This document shows positions 1 to 10,175 of a DNA stretch of 64,000 nucleotides, one piece after another. A program made the translations under genes and the position numbers. Source of the stretch: Clostridia bacterium (GTDB lineage: Bacteria; Bacillota; Clostridia; Peptostreptococcales; JAAYPU01); assembly GCA_016278615.1 (NCBI GenBank), contig JADQBM010000029.1, forward strand, positions 22,668-86,667, written 5' to 3'. The stretch's first letter is position 1; each line of letters begins with the position of its first letter. Under the pieces are notes generated by a model. The model saw only the letters and a program-made list of their open reading frames with translations. It made no database searches and was not told the DNA's origin.

Positions 1-461
1 TCCATGACTTTGGCGTGTGAATGGACTTCTTTTTCATTTTTCTTCATTTCTTCCCATGTATGCAATGCCTCATTTAAATCATTTGCCTGGAGATTACCAA
101 AAACATGAGGATGCCTGTCAATCATCTTCTTTGATACATTTTTTATGACATCATCGAGATTAAACCATCCCTGCTCGTCTGCCAAATTTGCATGAAAGAC
201 GACTTGCAACAATAAATCTCCTAATTCTTCTTTCAAAGATCCTATATTCTTCTTATCAATGGCATCTATCACTTCATATGCCTCTTCTATTAAGCATGGT
301 TTTAAGCTTTCATGTGTCTGCTCTTTATCCCATGGACATCCATTCTCTCCTCTCAATTCCTTTAAAATCTCAACAAATTCTTTCATGAACTGCTCCGTGT
401 TTATATTATTATCATTGTTTCCACGGGATATACATTTTTTGTTATTTGCTTCTTGTTTCAT
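1..461 (-). CDS. mazG: MazG-family nucleoside triphosphate pyrophosphohydrolase, N-terminal part (ORF runs off the left edge)
   Basis: Absent from the ORF track because there is no stop in the window. My minus-strand translation from ATG 461-459 gives [46 protein letters not shown], the MazG signature. SD AAGGAAG lies upstream. Synteny matches Bacillus yabN-yabM-spoVT-mfd. Confidence 0.85.
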   Translation of the reverse strand, partial: MKQEANNKKCISRGNNDNNINTEQFMKEFVEILKELRGENGCPWDKEQTHESLKPCLIEEAYEVIDAIDKKNIGSLKEELGDLLLQVVFHANLADEQGWFNLDDVIKNVSKKMIDRHPHVFGNLQANDLNEALHTWEEMKKNEKEVHSHAKVM

Positions 462-492
462 CTAAACCACTTCCTTGTAATTGTATAATAGT

Positions 493-2103
493 TTATTTGG
501 ATAACAGTCTCAACTTAATGAGGAGCTGCGCTATTTTCTTTCCTTTTGGCAACATTTTGAAGTCTTCATAGGTGATGGCTTTAACAGCAATTAATACGAT
601 GCCATAAACAAATACCCCTATTAATATGGAAAGGGCAGTGGCCATGTTGGAGCTGGTAACGCTAGCAAATATATTATAGCTTCCAATCACTGCTATGGTC
701 ATGAACATTACAGAAATCAATGGACGTATAACTGTAAGATTAAAATTAAGTTTGGCACCTGTATATTTTTTAACGGCATATAAATTGAGAGCTGTTGCGG
801 TTATGTAAGCAATTAAAGTGCCTGTTGCCGCCCCTTTAATATTTATAGAAGGTATCCCTGTTAAGATGTAGGTTGTTGTAATCTTTAAAATCCCACCAAT
901 TAATAAATTAATAACTGGAATAGCTGGTTTTCCTAATCCCTGTAAAATCCCTGTCAGTGTTTGTACCAGCGTAAGAAATATCACCCCAAATGCTAAAATT
1001 GAAAGACTGGAAGCCGCACTAATAGCACTGGCCTTTTGCATAGGATATAAGAGCAACATAATTTGCTCAGACAATACCATGATTCCAAATGCACTGGGCA
1101 GTCCTATGAGCATAGATATTCTGACACCAGATTCCACATTATATCTTAAAAATTTGTGATCTTTTCTTTCAAACGCATCGGATATTACTGGCACCAAACT
1201 CATGGCAATCCCCATGGAAAGAACTTGAGGAAAATTAATAATGGGACCTGCCATTCCTGTAAGTTGCCCATACAAACTATTTGCAGTTTCCGCCGAAAAC
1301 CCTACAGATTGCAATCTTCTCATTACAATAGCGACATCTATCATATTCATAATTGGCATAATGGCGGCACCTATGGTAATGGGAATCGCTATTATAAAAA
1401 CACGCTTCAATATTTTTCCCGCACTTTCTATGCTATGGGTGGTCGCAGAATGAGCGATCTCAAGACTTATGGATTTTCTTTTTCTTAAGTAAATCCATAT
1501 GAGAAGAGCGGATCCGCCAACTGCCCCTGCAGCAGCACCAAAAGATGCACCTGCAGCTGCTTGCTCCAATCCTTTAGATGCCAATAAAAACGCCAAGGTA
1601 AAGCCTGTGGCAACTCTTACAAATTGCTCCGCTATTTGAGATACAGCCGTTGGTTTCATATCTTGAAGTCCTTGAAAGTATCCCCTGTAAGCAGCCATTA
1701 TGGGTGTGAAAAGGAGTGCCGGTGCAATGGCTACCATGGAATAATAAGCACCAGGATTCCCTAATATGTCAACGATATACCCAGCACCAAAGAATAAAAT
1801 AGATGAGGTAGTAATACCAATGGCGAACATCAAAATAAAAGAAATCTTAAATACTCGATGGGCACCATATCTATTTCCTATTGCATTTTTCTCTGATACA
1901 ATTTTCGATATCGCTGTTGGAAACCCTGCTGTTGATAATACTAAAAGAAATACATATATTGGATAAGCTGTTTGATAGTACCCCATTCCCTCATCGCCTA
2001 TCATGTTGGCTAAAGGAATTCTAAAAAACGCACCTAATATTTTTACAACGATGCCGGCAGCACCTAGAATAATTGCACCTTGCACGAATGACTTTCTACT
2101 CAT
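493..2103 (-). CDS. SpoVB/MurJ-type MOP-superfamily flippase (polysaccharide biosynthesis protein, YabM-like)
   Basis: 536 aa polytopic membrane protein. N-terminus MSRKSFVQGAIILGAAGIVVKILGAFFRIPLANMIG is typical of SpoVB/MurJ. It sits next to spoVT as in Bacillus. Confidence 0.8.
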   Translation of the reverse strand: MSRKSFVQGAIILGAAGIVVKILGAFFRIPLANMIGDEGMGYYQTAYPIYVFLLVLSTAGFPTAISKIVSEKNAIGNRYGAHRVFKISFILMFAIGITTSSILFFGAGYIVDILGNPGAYYSMVAIAPALLFTPIMAAYRGYFQGLQDMKPTAVSQIAEQFVRVATGFTLAFLLASKGLEQAAAGASFGAAAGAVGGSALLIWIYLRKRKSISLEIAHSATTHSIESAGKILKRVFIIAIPITIGAAIMPIMNMIDVAIVMRRLQSVGFSAETANSLYGQLTGMAGPIINFPQVLSMGIAMSLVPVISDAFERKDHKFLRYNVESGVRISMLIGLPSAFGIMVLSEQIMLLLYPMQKASAISAASSLSILAFGVIFLTLVQTLTGILQGLGKPAIPVINLLIGGILKITTTYILTGIPSINIKGAATGTLIAYITATALNLYAVKKYTGAKLNFNLTVIRPLISVMFMTIAVIGSYNIFASVTSSNMATALSILIGVFVYGIVLIAVKAITYEDFKMLPKGKKIAQLLIKLRLLSK

Positions 2104-2195
2104 GATTGCCCTCCATTTATTTTTAACGGATATTTAATTATATCAAATCAATAACCCTATTATATCAAAAAAAAATAACCACATCATGAATAGTT

Positions 2196-2227
2196 AAAAA
2201 ATCTTTAGGGAGACCTAAAGATTTTTT
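2196..2227 (-). terminator. Bidirectional intrinsic terminator after spoVT
   Basis: AAAAAATCTTTAGG-gaga-CCTAAAGATTTTTT perfect palindrome with A and T tracts on both sides. Confidence 0.75.
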
Positions 2228-2253
2228 ATAAAAAGAGTTTTATGAAACTTTTA

Positions 2254-2805
2254 TTATTGTTCCATCTGCTTTGCCAAGAAACTTGCACCCGTTTCTACTA
2301 CTTTTAATTGAACATCTCCGAGTGTCTTTCCTTGTTCTTTGGATAGAAAAATAATTGAGCCAATTGAATCACCTTGTGAGATAATAGGTACGATAATCTG
2401 AGATTCAAATATTAATTCATCTGAACTTTCAGAAATAACCGGCAGGATTTTTTCTTTATCATTAATAACTTGAACTGTCTTTGATAAGATGTTTTTTTCT
2501 ATTTCCTTACTGATACGCTTATCAATAAGGATTTTTTTTGCTCCACCGGCTACTGCTATTACCTGATCTGTATCCGTAACAATCGTAATATTGCCTAAAA
2601 TATCATAAACAGATTCCGCATATTCATTAGCAAACTCATTTAACTCGCTAATTGGTGAATATTTTTTCAAAATAACCTCCCCGTCTCTATCTGTAAATAT
2701 TTCAAGAGGATCTCCTTCACGGATTCTGAGTGTTCTTCTTATTTCTTTTGGAATAACGACTCTTCCCAAATCATCAATACGTCTCACAATACCTGTTGCT
2801 TTCAT
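2254..2805 (-). CDS. spoVT: Stage V sporulation transcription regulator SpoVT (AbrB-type N-domain plus GAF-like C-domain)
   Basis: MKATGIVRRIDDLGRVVIPKEIRRTLRIREGDPLEIF swapped-hairpin AbrB motif; 183 aa length. Confidence 0.9.
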   Translation of the reverse strand: MKATGIVRRIDDLGRVVIPKEIRRTLRIREGDPLEIFTDRDGEVILKKYSPISELNEFANEYAESVYDILGNITIVTDTDQVIAVAGGAKKILIDKRISKEIEKNILSKTVQVINDKEKILPVISESSDELIFESQIIVPIISQGDSIGSIIFLSKEQGKTLGDVQLKVVETGASFLAKQMEQ

Positions 2806-2925
2806 TTCAAACCTCCTCCGGGAAACTTTCTTTCTCTTTTTAATTTTCCTTAAATATATTATTTTACCAAAGGTCTTTTTTTATGCAGAAGGTTTAAAAT
2901 ATATCTATTAATATGATTTTCTCTT

Positions 2926-3621
2926 TTACCTATTATATTGCTCATAGTTTTTTTCTCTTGATATTATGCTACGTGAATAAGATGTCTCGTATGTATGATG
3001 CTTTTCATAATATTTTTTTAAATTATAAGGCCCGCGATTATATTCTGATAAAATTCTGTTTATATTTTCTTCTCCATATGCCTCTTTTAGTAAATAAATA
3101 TAGGCTGCTCCCAATCCAATATTGTAATCAGGATCAAATATTTTATCGGGATTATATTCAATATTGAGTTCTTCTCCGAAAACACTTACCAACCATTCTT
3201 CTGTAGGAGGAATAATTTGAAGATATCCCCTATCTTGATGTATTCCAACACAATACTGTTCAAAATTGCTCTCCAATTCAATCATTGCGAGAAGTAATGA
3301 AGGCCTAATGTCAAATTTTCGTGCATAAGCAACAAGTACATATGCTGTATCAAAATCAAGGGATGTGTGCGCTTCAATATCTGAAATAAGTTGTATATCT
3401 TCTTGGTAATCCAATTCTACGTATTTTTGAAGTACCAGTTCGGGATTTATATCCTTAACACTTTCATTTATTATTTGTGCTTTCATTTCAGACTCAGATA
3501 TAGCTTCAACTGTCGCAGGCTCACAAGATGACATACTTGTTTCTATTAACAATATGATTAATGAAACAAACATTAGAATGAAAAGTATTTTATAATATTT
3601 GTTTCTTTTTATTATTTCCAA
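2926..3621 (-). CDS. Lytic transglycosylase (SLT) domain protein, membrane anchored
   Basis: N-terminal TM segment; SLT catalytic region LLLAMIELESNF; 231 aa. Confidence 0.7.
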   Translation of the reverse strand: MEIIKRNKYYKILFILMFVSLIILLIETSMSSCEPATVEAISESEMKAQIINESVKDINPELVLQKYVELDYQEDIQLISDIEAHTSLDFDTAYVLVAYARKFDIRPSLLLAMIELESNFEQYCVGIHQDRGYLQIIPPTEEWLVSVFGEELNIEYNPDKIFDPDYNIGLGAAYIYLLKEAYGEENINRILSEYNRGPYNLKKYYEKHHTYETSYSRSIISREKNYEQYNR

Positions 3622-3774
3622 TTGTATCCTTCCTTTCTAAAAAAAAATATAATAGGCACGTCATATGCCTATTATTTCCAACTTACAAGATTCTAACACA
3701 TTTTTCCATAATGTCAACAAAAAAATGATAAGACTAAAAATTCGGAAAATTAAGAATTGTTGACAAAATAAGAT

Positions 3775-3834
3775 AAAAACAGACAAAAAGAGGACGGTTT
3801 TTTTGCTTCAGTTTGAAACAAATGAACCGTCCCC
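3775..3834 (-). terminator. Intrinsic terminator after prsA
   Basis: Minus strand GGGGACGGTT..AACCGTCCTC stem with a large loop, followed by TTTTTGTCTGTTTTT. Confidence 0.6.
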
Positions 3835-3863
3835 TTGTTTTTTTGGGTTCTATGTTATGGTGT

Positions 3864-4769
3864 TTAGCTTAACTTTTCAGGGTATTTTTCTATGGTCATG
3901 GTGGTCATAATATCATCAATATTTTTTTGAATGACATCATTATACATGGCGTTAAGTACTTGGTCATATATTTTTTCCAATGGTTGAAGGCCTTCCATTT
4001 TATCTGTTAATTTGATAATATGAAATCCAAATTCACTTTCAACAATGTCACTGACTTCATTAACTTCTAAAGCAAATGCCGCCTCTTCAAAAGGTTGCAC
4101 CATTTTGCCTCTTGAGAAATAGTCTAAGTCTCCTCCAACCTGAGCGGAACCATCAATGGAATACTGTTGCGCCAATTCAGCAAAATCTTCTCCTGCTTGT
4201 ATCTTTTTTTGAATATCTTCGGCCTCTTCCTTAGTTTTTACAAGAATATGGCTGGCCCTTACTTGGTTAAGGACAAACTCATCTTCGTGGCTTTCATAGT
4301 ACTCTTGGACTGCAGCCTCTGTATCTTCAATGTCTTCAATGACCTTTTCGTTAAATTTTTCTGCATAGAATTGGTCCATCATAACGCGTTTTAAAAACTC
4401 ATTGGTAATATTGTTGTCTGAAAAAAACTTTTGTGTTTCAGTATTTTCTTTTAATGACTCAACATAATCATTATACTGTTTCTCTATCACACTTTCATCC
4501 ACTGGAATATTGTTCTGAACCATATATTCTTTCATAACTTCTAACTGCACAATATTATCAAGAATTACTGCTTTCGCTTCTTTATTAGATGTTTCAGAAT
4601 CAGGATGAGTACCGGTTATAAGAAAATAATATTGGGAAAATTGGTCATTGGTTATAGTTCTATCATTTATTTTGGCTACCACCTCTTCATCCGATGATCC
4701 ACAAGCTGTAACAAATAAGGTTAAAAAACAAATCAATATTAGTTTTATAAATATTCTCTTTTTTATCAT
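3864..4769 (-). CDS. prsA: PrsA-like lipoprotein peptidyl-prolyl isomerase (parvulin)
   Basis: Lipobox LFVTAC-GSS. Parvulin core ASHILVKT..GGDLDYFSRGKMVQPFEEAAF..FGFHIIK. Confidence 0.8.
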   Translation of the reverse strand: MIKKRIFIKLILICFLTLFVTACGSSDEEVVAKINDRTITNDQFSQYYFLITGTHPDSETSNKEAKAVILDNIVQLEVMKEYMVQNNIPVDESVIEKQYNDYVESLKENTETQKFFSDNNITNEFLKRVMMDQFYAEKFNEKVIEDIEDTEAAVQEYYESHEDEFVLNQVRASHILVKTKEEAEDIQKKIQAGEDFAELAQQYSIDGSAQVGGDLDYFSRGKMVQPFEEAAFALEVNEVSDIVESEFGFHIIKLTDKMEGLQPLEKIYDQVLNAMYNDVIQKNIDDIMTTMTIEKYPEKLS

Positions 4770-4843
4770 AAGTAAACTCCTCCAAGCTCTCTTTCGCTTA
4801 ATACTTTTTTATTATATTACAATTTTTATAAATGATAAACCTA

Positions 4844-7800
4844 TTATCTGTCCTTAAGTATTTTTTCTAAAAACAAAATTAATTCATTTAACCGATTATC
4901 AAATTGCCTATAGGTCAGTTTGATAAATGGCTTTTTCCCTGCATTAATATGCATTCTTGTGGCATATTCAAAGGCTAAACTATTAATAATATAAGGTTTA
5001 AGTACATTATTTTCATAAAACTCAAAAATAATGCGTCCCTTTTCTTCTCTTATACATGAAATGCCCGCTTTCTCTGCTAAAGATTTGATGTAAGAGATCT
5101 TCATTAAGTTGTACATTTCCAATGGAAGATCCCCGAATCTATCAACCAACTCATCTTCAACTTCAGCCATTTCTTCCTTACATTGAATAGAGGCAATTCT
5201 CTTATATACTTCTACTTTGATGATTTCATCCTGTATGTAATCCTTTGAAATATAGGCATTTATTTCTATTTCTATGGAGACTTCTTTGTGTTTTATATAG
5301 GCTTCGCCTTTGATTTCTTTTACAGTTTGATCCAATAATTTACAGTACAATTCATATCCAATTATCATTAGATGCCCATGCTGTTCAACACCTAACAAGT
5401 TTCCAGCGCCCCTTATCTCTAAATCTCGCATGGCAATCTTAAATCCAGACCCAAACTCAGTAAACTCTTTAATCGCCTTCAATCTTTTTTCAGATTGCTC
5501 TGTTAGCACTTTGTCCTTTTGATAAGCGAAATAAGCATACGCCATACGATTGGATCTTCCCACCCTTCCTCTGAGCTGGTAAAGTTGAGAAAGTCCGAAT
5601 TTATCAGCATCATAAATAATAATGGTATTTGTGTTTTGAATGTCTATTCCTGATTCAATGATGGTGGTACAAACAAGCACATCGTATTTTTTACTCATAA
5701 ATGATATCATAATATTTTCAAGTTCTTTTTCATTCATCTGACCATGTGCAACCGCTACAGAAACATCAGGGACCAATTCTTGTAAATGGGCAGATATTCT
5801 TCGAATCCCCCTTACCCGATTATAAACAAAGAAAACCTGTCCCCCTCTTTCTACTTCTCTTAGAATAGCTTCTTTAATAATTTCTTCTTCATATTCTATA
5901 ACAAAAGTCTGAACCGGAAATCTTTCTTCTGGAGGTTCTTCGATGGTGCTCATATCCCTCAAACCAAGCAGGGACATATGGAGGGTTCTGGGAATTGGTG
6001 TTGCTGACAAGGTCAAAACATCCACATTTTGCTTGAGAAGTTTTATGATTTCTTTGTGTTGAACACCAAATTTTTGCTCTTCATCTATAATCAAAAGCCC
6101 TAAATCTTTAAAAGAAATATCCTTAGATAGGAGACGATGCGTTCCTACTAAAATATCTATGTTGCCATCTTTAACCTTCTTTATGATTTGTGTCTGTTCT
6201 TTTTCTGTTCTAAATCTACTTAACATTTCTATGTTAAAGGGAAACTTACCAAAACGATCTATAAAAGTTGTGTAGTGCTGATTGGCTAATATGGTCGTTG
6301 GCACTAAAACGGCTGCCTGCTTCCCATCTACAGCACATTTAAAAACTGCTCTTGCGGCAACTTCTGTTTTACCATAACCCACATCTCCGCAAAGAAGTCG
6401 ATCCATGGGAATATCGTTTTCCATATCTTCTTTGATTTGTTCAATACACTTCAATTGATCTTCTGTCTCTTCATATGGAAAAGCATCCTCAAACTCTTTT
6501 TGCCAAGACGTGTCTGGGGAAAAAGCATATCCTTTATTGGAATTTCGAATAGCACTCAGTTGGAGAAGCTCTTTTGCCATATCTACAATAGCGCCCTTTA
6601 CCTTTGCCTTTGTTTTTTTCCATTCAACACTGCTTAGTTTATTAATTTTTGGCGTTCCACTATCGGCTCCAATATACTTTTGAACCAAGTCCATTTGCTC
6701 CACGGGAACATATAACATGTCTTCTCCGCCATATTTGATTTTAAAGTAATCTTTTTTAATATTTTGAATTTCCAACTGCTGAATGCCCAAATATTTTCCA
6801 ATGCCATGATTCTCATGAACCACATAGTCCCCTACTCTTAAATCTGTAAAAACCTTTATAGGTTTAGCATCTTTATTGGAAGGTTTATTTTTTTTGATTT
6901 TAGCATTGGCAAAAATATCCGAATCTGTAATGAGTAAAATTTTATCATCAAGATATTCAAAGCCAGTGCTCAAACTGCCTTCTCCTATAACAATCTGGCC
7001 CGGTGATATTGCATAATCTGTAGATGTATACGAAGATGTGTATAGGGTGCAGTTGTGATGATTGCGGTCAAGAAATTCCTTAATATTCGTCATTCTTTCT
7101 GTAGTTGAGCAAGTAATAAATATTTTATACTTTCGCAGGACATATTTTTTTATTTCTTCTTCAAACATATCCATTCTCCCTTGAAATGAAGGTATGGACT
7201 TGGTTGAAGCATTAAGGTTTCCTGATATTTGAAATTGGGAATTGCTTCTTTTAATAAAAGGTGTAAAAAAGAAACACAATTGTTTTTCTAGAATTTGCTG
7301 GTAATCATCCAGTGAGGTCACAATATTAAAATCAAAAGGAATGGCTTCACCCTTTTCTAATAAATATTTAAAATCTTCGTGAATTTCCTTATATGCACTC
7401 TGGATTTTATCTCGTATCCTATCTGGGTCTTCCACAACAACTAAAGCATCTTTTTCCATATAATCCAATAGATATTCAACTTCATCATAAAAATAATGAA
7501 TGTAATTTTCTAATATCTGAAGATTTGTTCGTGTTTGTACAAACTCAAGAAGTTGATCCTTTTTTTGCTGAAGCTTCTCTTTGTTTTCAAGTTTCGAAAG
7601 TTGATCCTCATAGTAAGCCTCTATTTTTAATGCAGCCTTTCTAAATCTTTCTTCATCCGCAACCAATTCTTGTGCCGGGTATACAGATAAAAGCCGAACA
7701 TTCTTAATGGATCGCTGTGTTGAGATATCAAAGGTTCTAATGGAATCAATCTCCGTATCAAACATTTCGATTCGATAAGGTTCCGAAGCGTCTAAAGGGA

Positions 7801-8353
7801 ATATATCCACAATCCCGCCTCTAATACTGTATTGTCCTTTCGCTTCCACTTGATGAGCTCTTTCATAGCCCAATAACATGAGTTTGTTTTGTAGGCTCTC
7901 CTGACTTATTTCCCCTCCTGTTTGTAACTTTAAAGCATTCTTCTCAAAGGCTTCTTGTGGCACCATCTTCTTAAGAAAGCCATCAATTGACGATACGATG
8001 ATGGAAGCTTCTCCCTTTATAATGTTAATAATGGCATTAAGACGCTGCTCTAATAGGTTATGACTTTTAGCATCGTACCTAAAAAAAACCGGATCTTGTC
8101 CCGGTATATAATATACTTTCTTCTCTGTAAAAAAAGCAATATCTTCACTAATCCGTCTCGCAGAACTCTCATTTGCAGTAATAATCAGACATTGTCTATT
8201 ACTACTTTCTGCTAAATAAGCTGCCGCATGTGCAAGGCGACTTTCAGAAAAACCTGCAACATTGATGACGCCACTTTTTTGCATCAAATAAGGTTTAAAT
8301 GATTTTATTGCATGGGTATTATTGGTTTGACTTACAAAAAAACTTCCAATCAT
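4844..8353 (-). CDS. mfd: Transcription-repair coupling factor Mfd
   Basis: 1169 aa. CarD-like GDYVVHENHGIGKY; helicase motifs GDVGYGKTEVA and IIDEEQKFGV; conserved position upstream of pth. Confidence 0.95.
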   Translation of the reverse strand: MIGSFFVSQTNNTHAIKSFKPYLMQKSGVINVAGFSESRLAHAAAYLAESSNRQCLIITANESSARRISEDIAFFTEKKVYYIPGQDPVFFRYDAKSHNLLEQRLNAIINIIKGEASIIVSSIDGFLKKMVPQEAFEKNALKLQTGGEISQESLQNKLMLLGYERAHQVEAKGQYSIRGGIVDIFPLDASEPYRIEMFDTEIDSIRTFDISTQRSIKNVRLLSVYPAQELVADEERFRKAALKIEAYYEDQLSKLENKEKLQQKKDQLLEFVQTRTNLQILENYIHYFYDEVEYLLDYMEKDALVVVEDPDRIRDKIQSAYKEIHEDFKYLLEKGEAIPFDFNIVTSLDDYQQILEKQLCFFFTPFIKRSNSQFQISGNLNASTKSIPSFQGRMDMFEEEIKKYVLRKYKIFITCSTTERMTNIKEFLDRNHHNCTLYTSSYTSTDYAISPGQIVIGEGSLSTGFEYLDDKILLITDSDIFANAKIKKNKPSNKDAKPIKVFTDLRVGDYVVHENHGIGKYLGIQQLEIQNIKKDYFKIKYGGEDMLYVPVEQMDLVQKYIGADSGTPKINKLSSVEWKKTKAKVKGAIVDMAKELLQLSAIRNSNKGYAFSPDTSWQKEFEDAFPYEETEDQLKCIEQIKEDMENDIPMDRLLCGDVGYGKTEVAARAVFKCAVDGKQAAVLVPTTILANQHYTTFIDRFGKFPFNIEMLSRFRTEKEQTQIIKKVKDGNIDILVGTHRLLSKDISFKDLGLLIIDEEQKFGVQHKEIIKLLKQNVDVLTLSATPIPRTLHMSLLGLRDMSTIEEPPEERFPVQTFVIEYEEEIIKEAILREVERGGQVFFVYNRVRGIRRISAHLQELVPDVSVAVAHGQMNEKELENIMISFMSKKYDVLVCTTIIESGIDIQNTNTIIIYDADKFGLSQLYQLRGRVGRSNRMAYAYFAYQKDKVLTEQSEKRLKAIKEFTEFGSGFKIAMRDLEIRGAGNLLGVEQHGHLMIIGYELYCKLLDQTVKEIKGEAYIKHKEVSIEIEINAYISKDYIQDEIIKVEVYKRIASIQCKEEMAEVEDELVDRFGDLPLEMYNLMKISYIKSLAEKAGISCIREEKGRIIFEFYENNVLKPYIINSLAFEYATRMHINAGKKPFIKLTYRQFDNRLNELILFLEKILKDR

Positions 8354-8388
8354 ATGATCACCTTATGAATTTATGTTCCTATTATCAT

Positions 8389-8943
8389 TTAATTATATTC
8401 ATTCATGGCACTGTCTATACTATTAATAATCCATGTCTCTACTGCCGCGGAGGCAGATTTCACCGCATTTTCCATGACTTCTTTTTCTTCTTTGCTAAAA
8501 TTCTGTAGCACATAGTCGCTTAATTGCAAATTTTCATTTCTGCCAATCCCAATACGAATTCTTGGAAAATCATCTGTCATTAAATCATAGATAATGGAAC
8601 GCATGCCGTTATGCGTCCCTGCACTTCCCTTTTTTCTCATTCGAATGGTGCCGGATTCAATATCAATGTCATCATATATCACAATAAGATTTTGATTCTC
8701 TTCTTTATAATATTCCATAATCTCTCTTACACTGTTTCCGCTAAGATTCATAAAAGTTTGAGGTTTCACAATCATTACTTTTTTTCCGCCAATCATGCCC
8801 TCACCTATTAACGCCTTATGCTTAATTTTATTAACTTTTATATTATTTTTACTGGCAAGATAATCCACTGTTATAAAGCCAATGTTATGCCGAGTATTTT
8901 CATACTTTCTTCCCGGATTTCCTAGTCCCACAATTATATACAT
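8389..8943 (-). CDS. pth: Peptidyl-tRNA hydrolase
   Basis: MYIIVGLGNPGRKYENTRHNIGF signature. Start moved to ATG 8943 (GGAG 8 nt upstream) because the track start GTG 8952 abuts the SD. Confidence 0.95.
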   Translation of the reverse strand: MYIIVGLGNPGRKYENTRHNIGFITVDYLASKNNIKVNKIKHKALIGEGMIGGKKVMIVKPQTFMNLSGNSVREIMEYYKEENQNLIVIYDDIDIESGTIRMRKKGSAGTHNGMRSIIYDLMTDDFPRIRIGIGRNENLQLSDYVLQNFSKEEKEVMENAVKSASAAVETWIINSIDSAMNEYN

Positions 8944-8968
8944 TTTCAACACTCCAAACCGTTAACTT

Positions 8969-9164
8969 GAAAGATAATAGATAACAGGTGACAGATAATA
9001 GATGAAAGATAATAGATAATAGTTAAGGTTGGAAATTTGCCATAGCAATTTCCTCATATATTTCTTCAAATTCTTTATAGTATAACTGAAGATTTTGAGT
9101 AACAAAATCATCCACAACTGTTATCTATTATCTGTTATCTATTATCTATCCCTAATCTCTGATC
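8969..9164 (-). repeat. HATH element copy A (heptamer-armed twin-hairpin palindrome), prs|pth spacer
   Basis: Left arm 8969-9028 (AANAGAT heptamers ending AGTTAAGG). Hairpins GGAAATTTGC/AGCAATTTCC (9031-9053) and GATTTTG-agtaa-CAAAATC (9091-9109). Right arm 9113-9164 (TTATCTN heptamers). Strand is orientation relative to copy G. Confidence 0.9.
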
Positions 9165-9174
9165 TTTGTTTTAC

Positions 9175-9199
9175 GGACAACCGCAAGGGTTGTCCCTAC
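9175..9199 (-). repeat. GC-rich TGTAG-hairpin mini-motif embedded in the outer arm of HATH-A
   Basis: The minus strand reads GTAGGGACAACC-cttgc-GGTTGTCC. Arm-like sequence (CTATCTATTGCTATC, carrying the prs stop) resumes on the far side. Confidence 0.7.
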
Positions 9200-9205
9200 G
9201 CATCC

Positions 9206-10162
9206 CTATCTATTGCTATCGAACAATTTGCTCACTGAATCATTGGTATAAATACGGCTTATGGCTTCAGCGAAAATAGGCGCTACAGATAGAACCCTTA
9301 TCTTGTCCATAATCTTACTCTTATTTAGAGGTATTGTATTTAAGACCACCAACTCATCAATAACAGAATCTTGAATTCTACTAATGGCAGGGCCTGAAAG
9401 AACTGGATGGGTGGCACAAGCATATACCTTTTTTGCGCCCAGTTCTTTTAATGACTTGGCACTGTTTGTTATGGTTCCTGCTGTATCAATCATATCATCC
9501 ACTAAGATAACATTCTTATTCTTTATCTCTCCAATAACATTCATGACTTCTGCAACATTTGCTTTTGGCCTTCTTTTATCAACGATCGCTATGGGTGCAT
9601 CAAGGTAATTAGCAAAATTTCTAGCTCTTGTAACACTTCCAATATCTGGGGAAACAACAACAATATCCTCCAACTGAAGATCGCAGAAATATTTGACTAA
9701 AATAGGAACACCCAACAAATGATCTACTGGTATGTCAAAATAGCCTTGGATCTGAGAAGCATGCAAGTCCATGCTTAAGACTCTATTGGCTCCTGAACTT
9801 GTAATAAGATTCGCTACAAGCTTAGAGGTAATGGGATCTCTTGCCTTTGTTTTCCTATCTTGTCTTGCATACCCATAATATGGCATAACTGCTGTAATTC
9901 GTCCGGCTGAAGCCCTTTTCATAGCATCCGTCATGATTAAAAGCTCCATGAGATTATTGTTAACAGGCTCACACGTGGATTGAATGATGTAGACATCTGC
10001 CCCTCTAACGGTCTCATTTATATCAACAGATATCTCTCCATCACTAAAAACGCCAACTGAGGAATTACCCAATTCCTTGCCCATGCATAATGCAATTTCC
10101 TTAGCAAGTTCTTTGTTTGAATTCCCTGTAAATACTTTAATTTCTCGACCAAGATTTCTCAT
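9206..10162 (-). CDS. prs: Ribose-phosphate pyrophosphokinase
   Basis: [11 protein letters not shown] and PRPP loop [13 protein letters not shown]; 318 aa. Confidence 0.95.
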   Translation of the reverse strand: MRNLGREIKVFTGNSNKELAKEIALCMGKELGNSSVGVFSDGEISVDINETVRGADVYIIQSTCEPVNNNLMELLIMTDAMKRASAGRITAVMPYYGYARQDRKTKARDPITSKLVANLITSSGANRVLSMDLHASQIQGYFDIPVDHLLGVPILVKYFCDLQLEDIVVVSPDIGSVTRARNFANYLDAPIAIVDKRRPKANVAEVMNVIGEIKNKNVILVDDMIDTAGTITNSAKSLKELGAKKVYACATHPVLSGPAISRIQDSVIDELVVLNTIPLNKSKIMDKIRVLSVAPIFAEAISRIYTNDSVSKLFDSNR

Positions 10163-10175
10163 TTGTCAATCTCCT

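Noticed and set aside
188-465. Track ORFs 188-388 and 259-465 on the plus strand
   Set aside because: They are antisense to the mazG reading frame, which carries clear family motifs. They have no SD or family features.
9108-9164. HATH arms as DnaA-box arrays (TTATC recurs every 7 nt, and copy A has TCATCCACA, an 8 of 9 match to TTATCCACA)
   Set aside because: Apart from that single site, only the first five bases of the 9-mer box match. The F, D and J arm flavours lack TTATC altogether while keeping the architecture.
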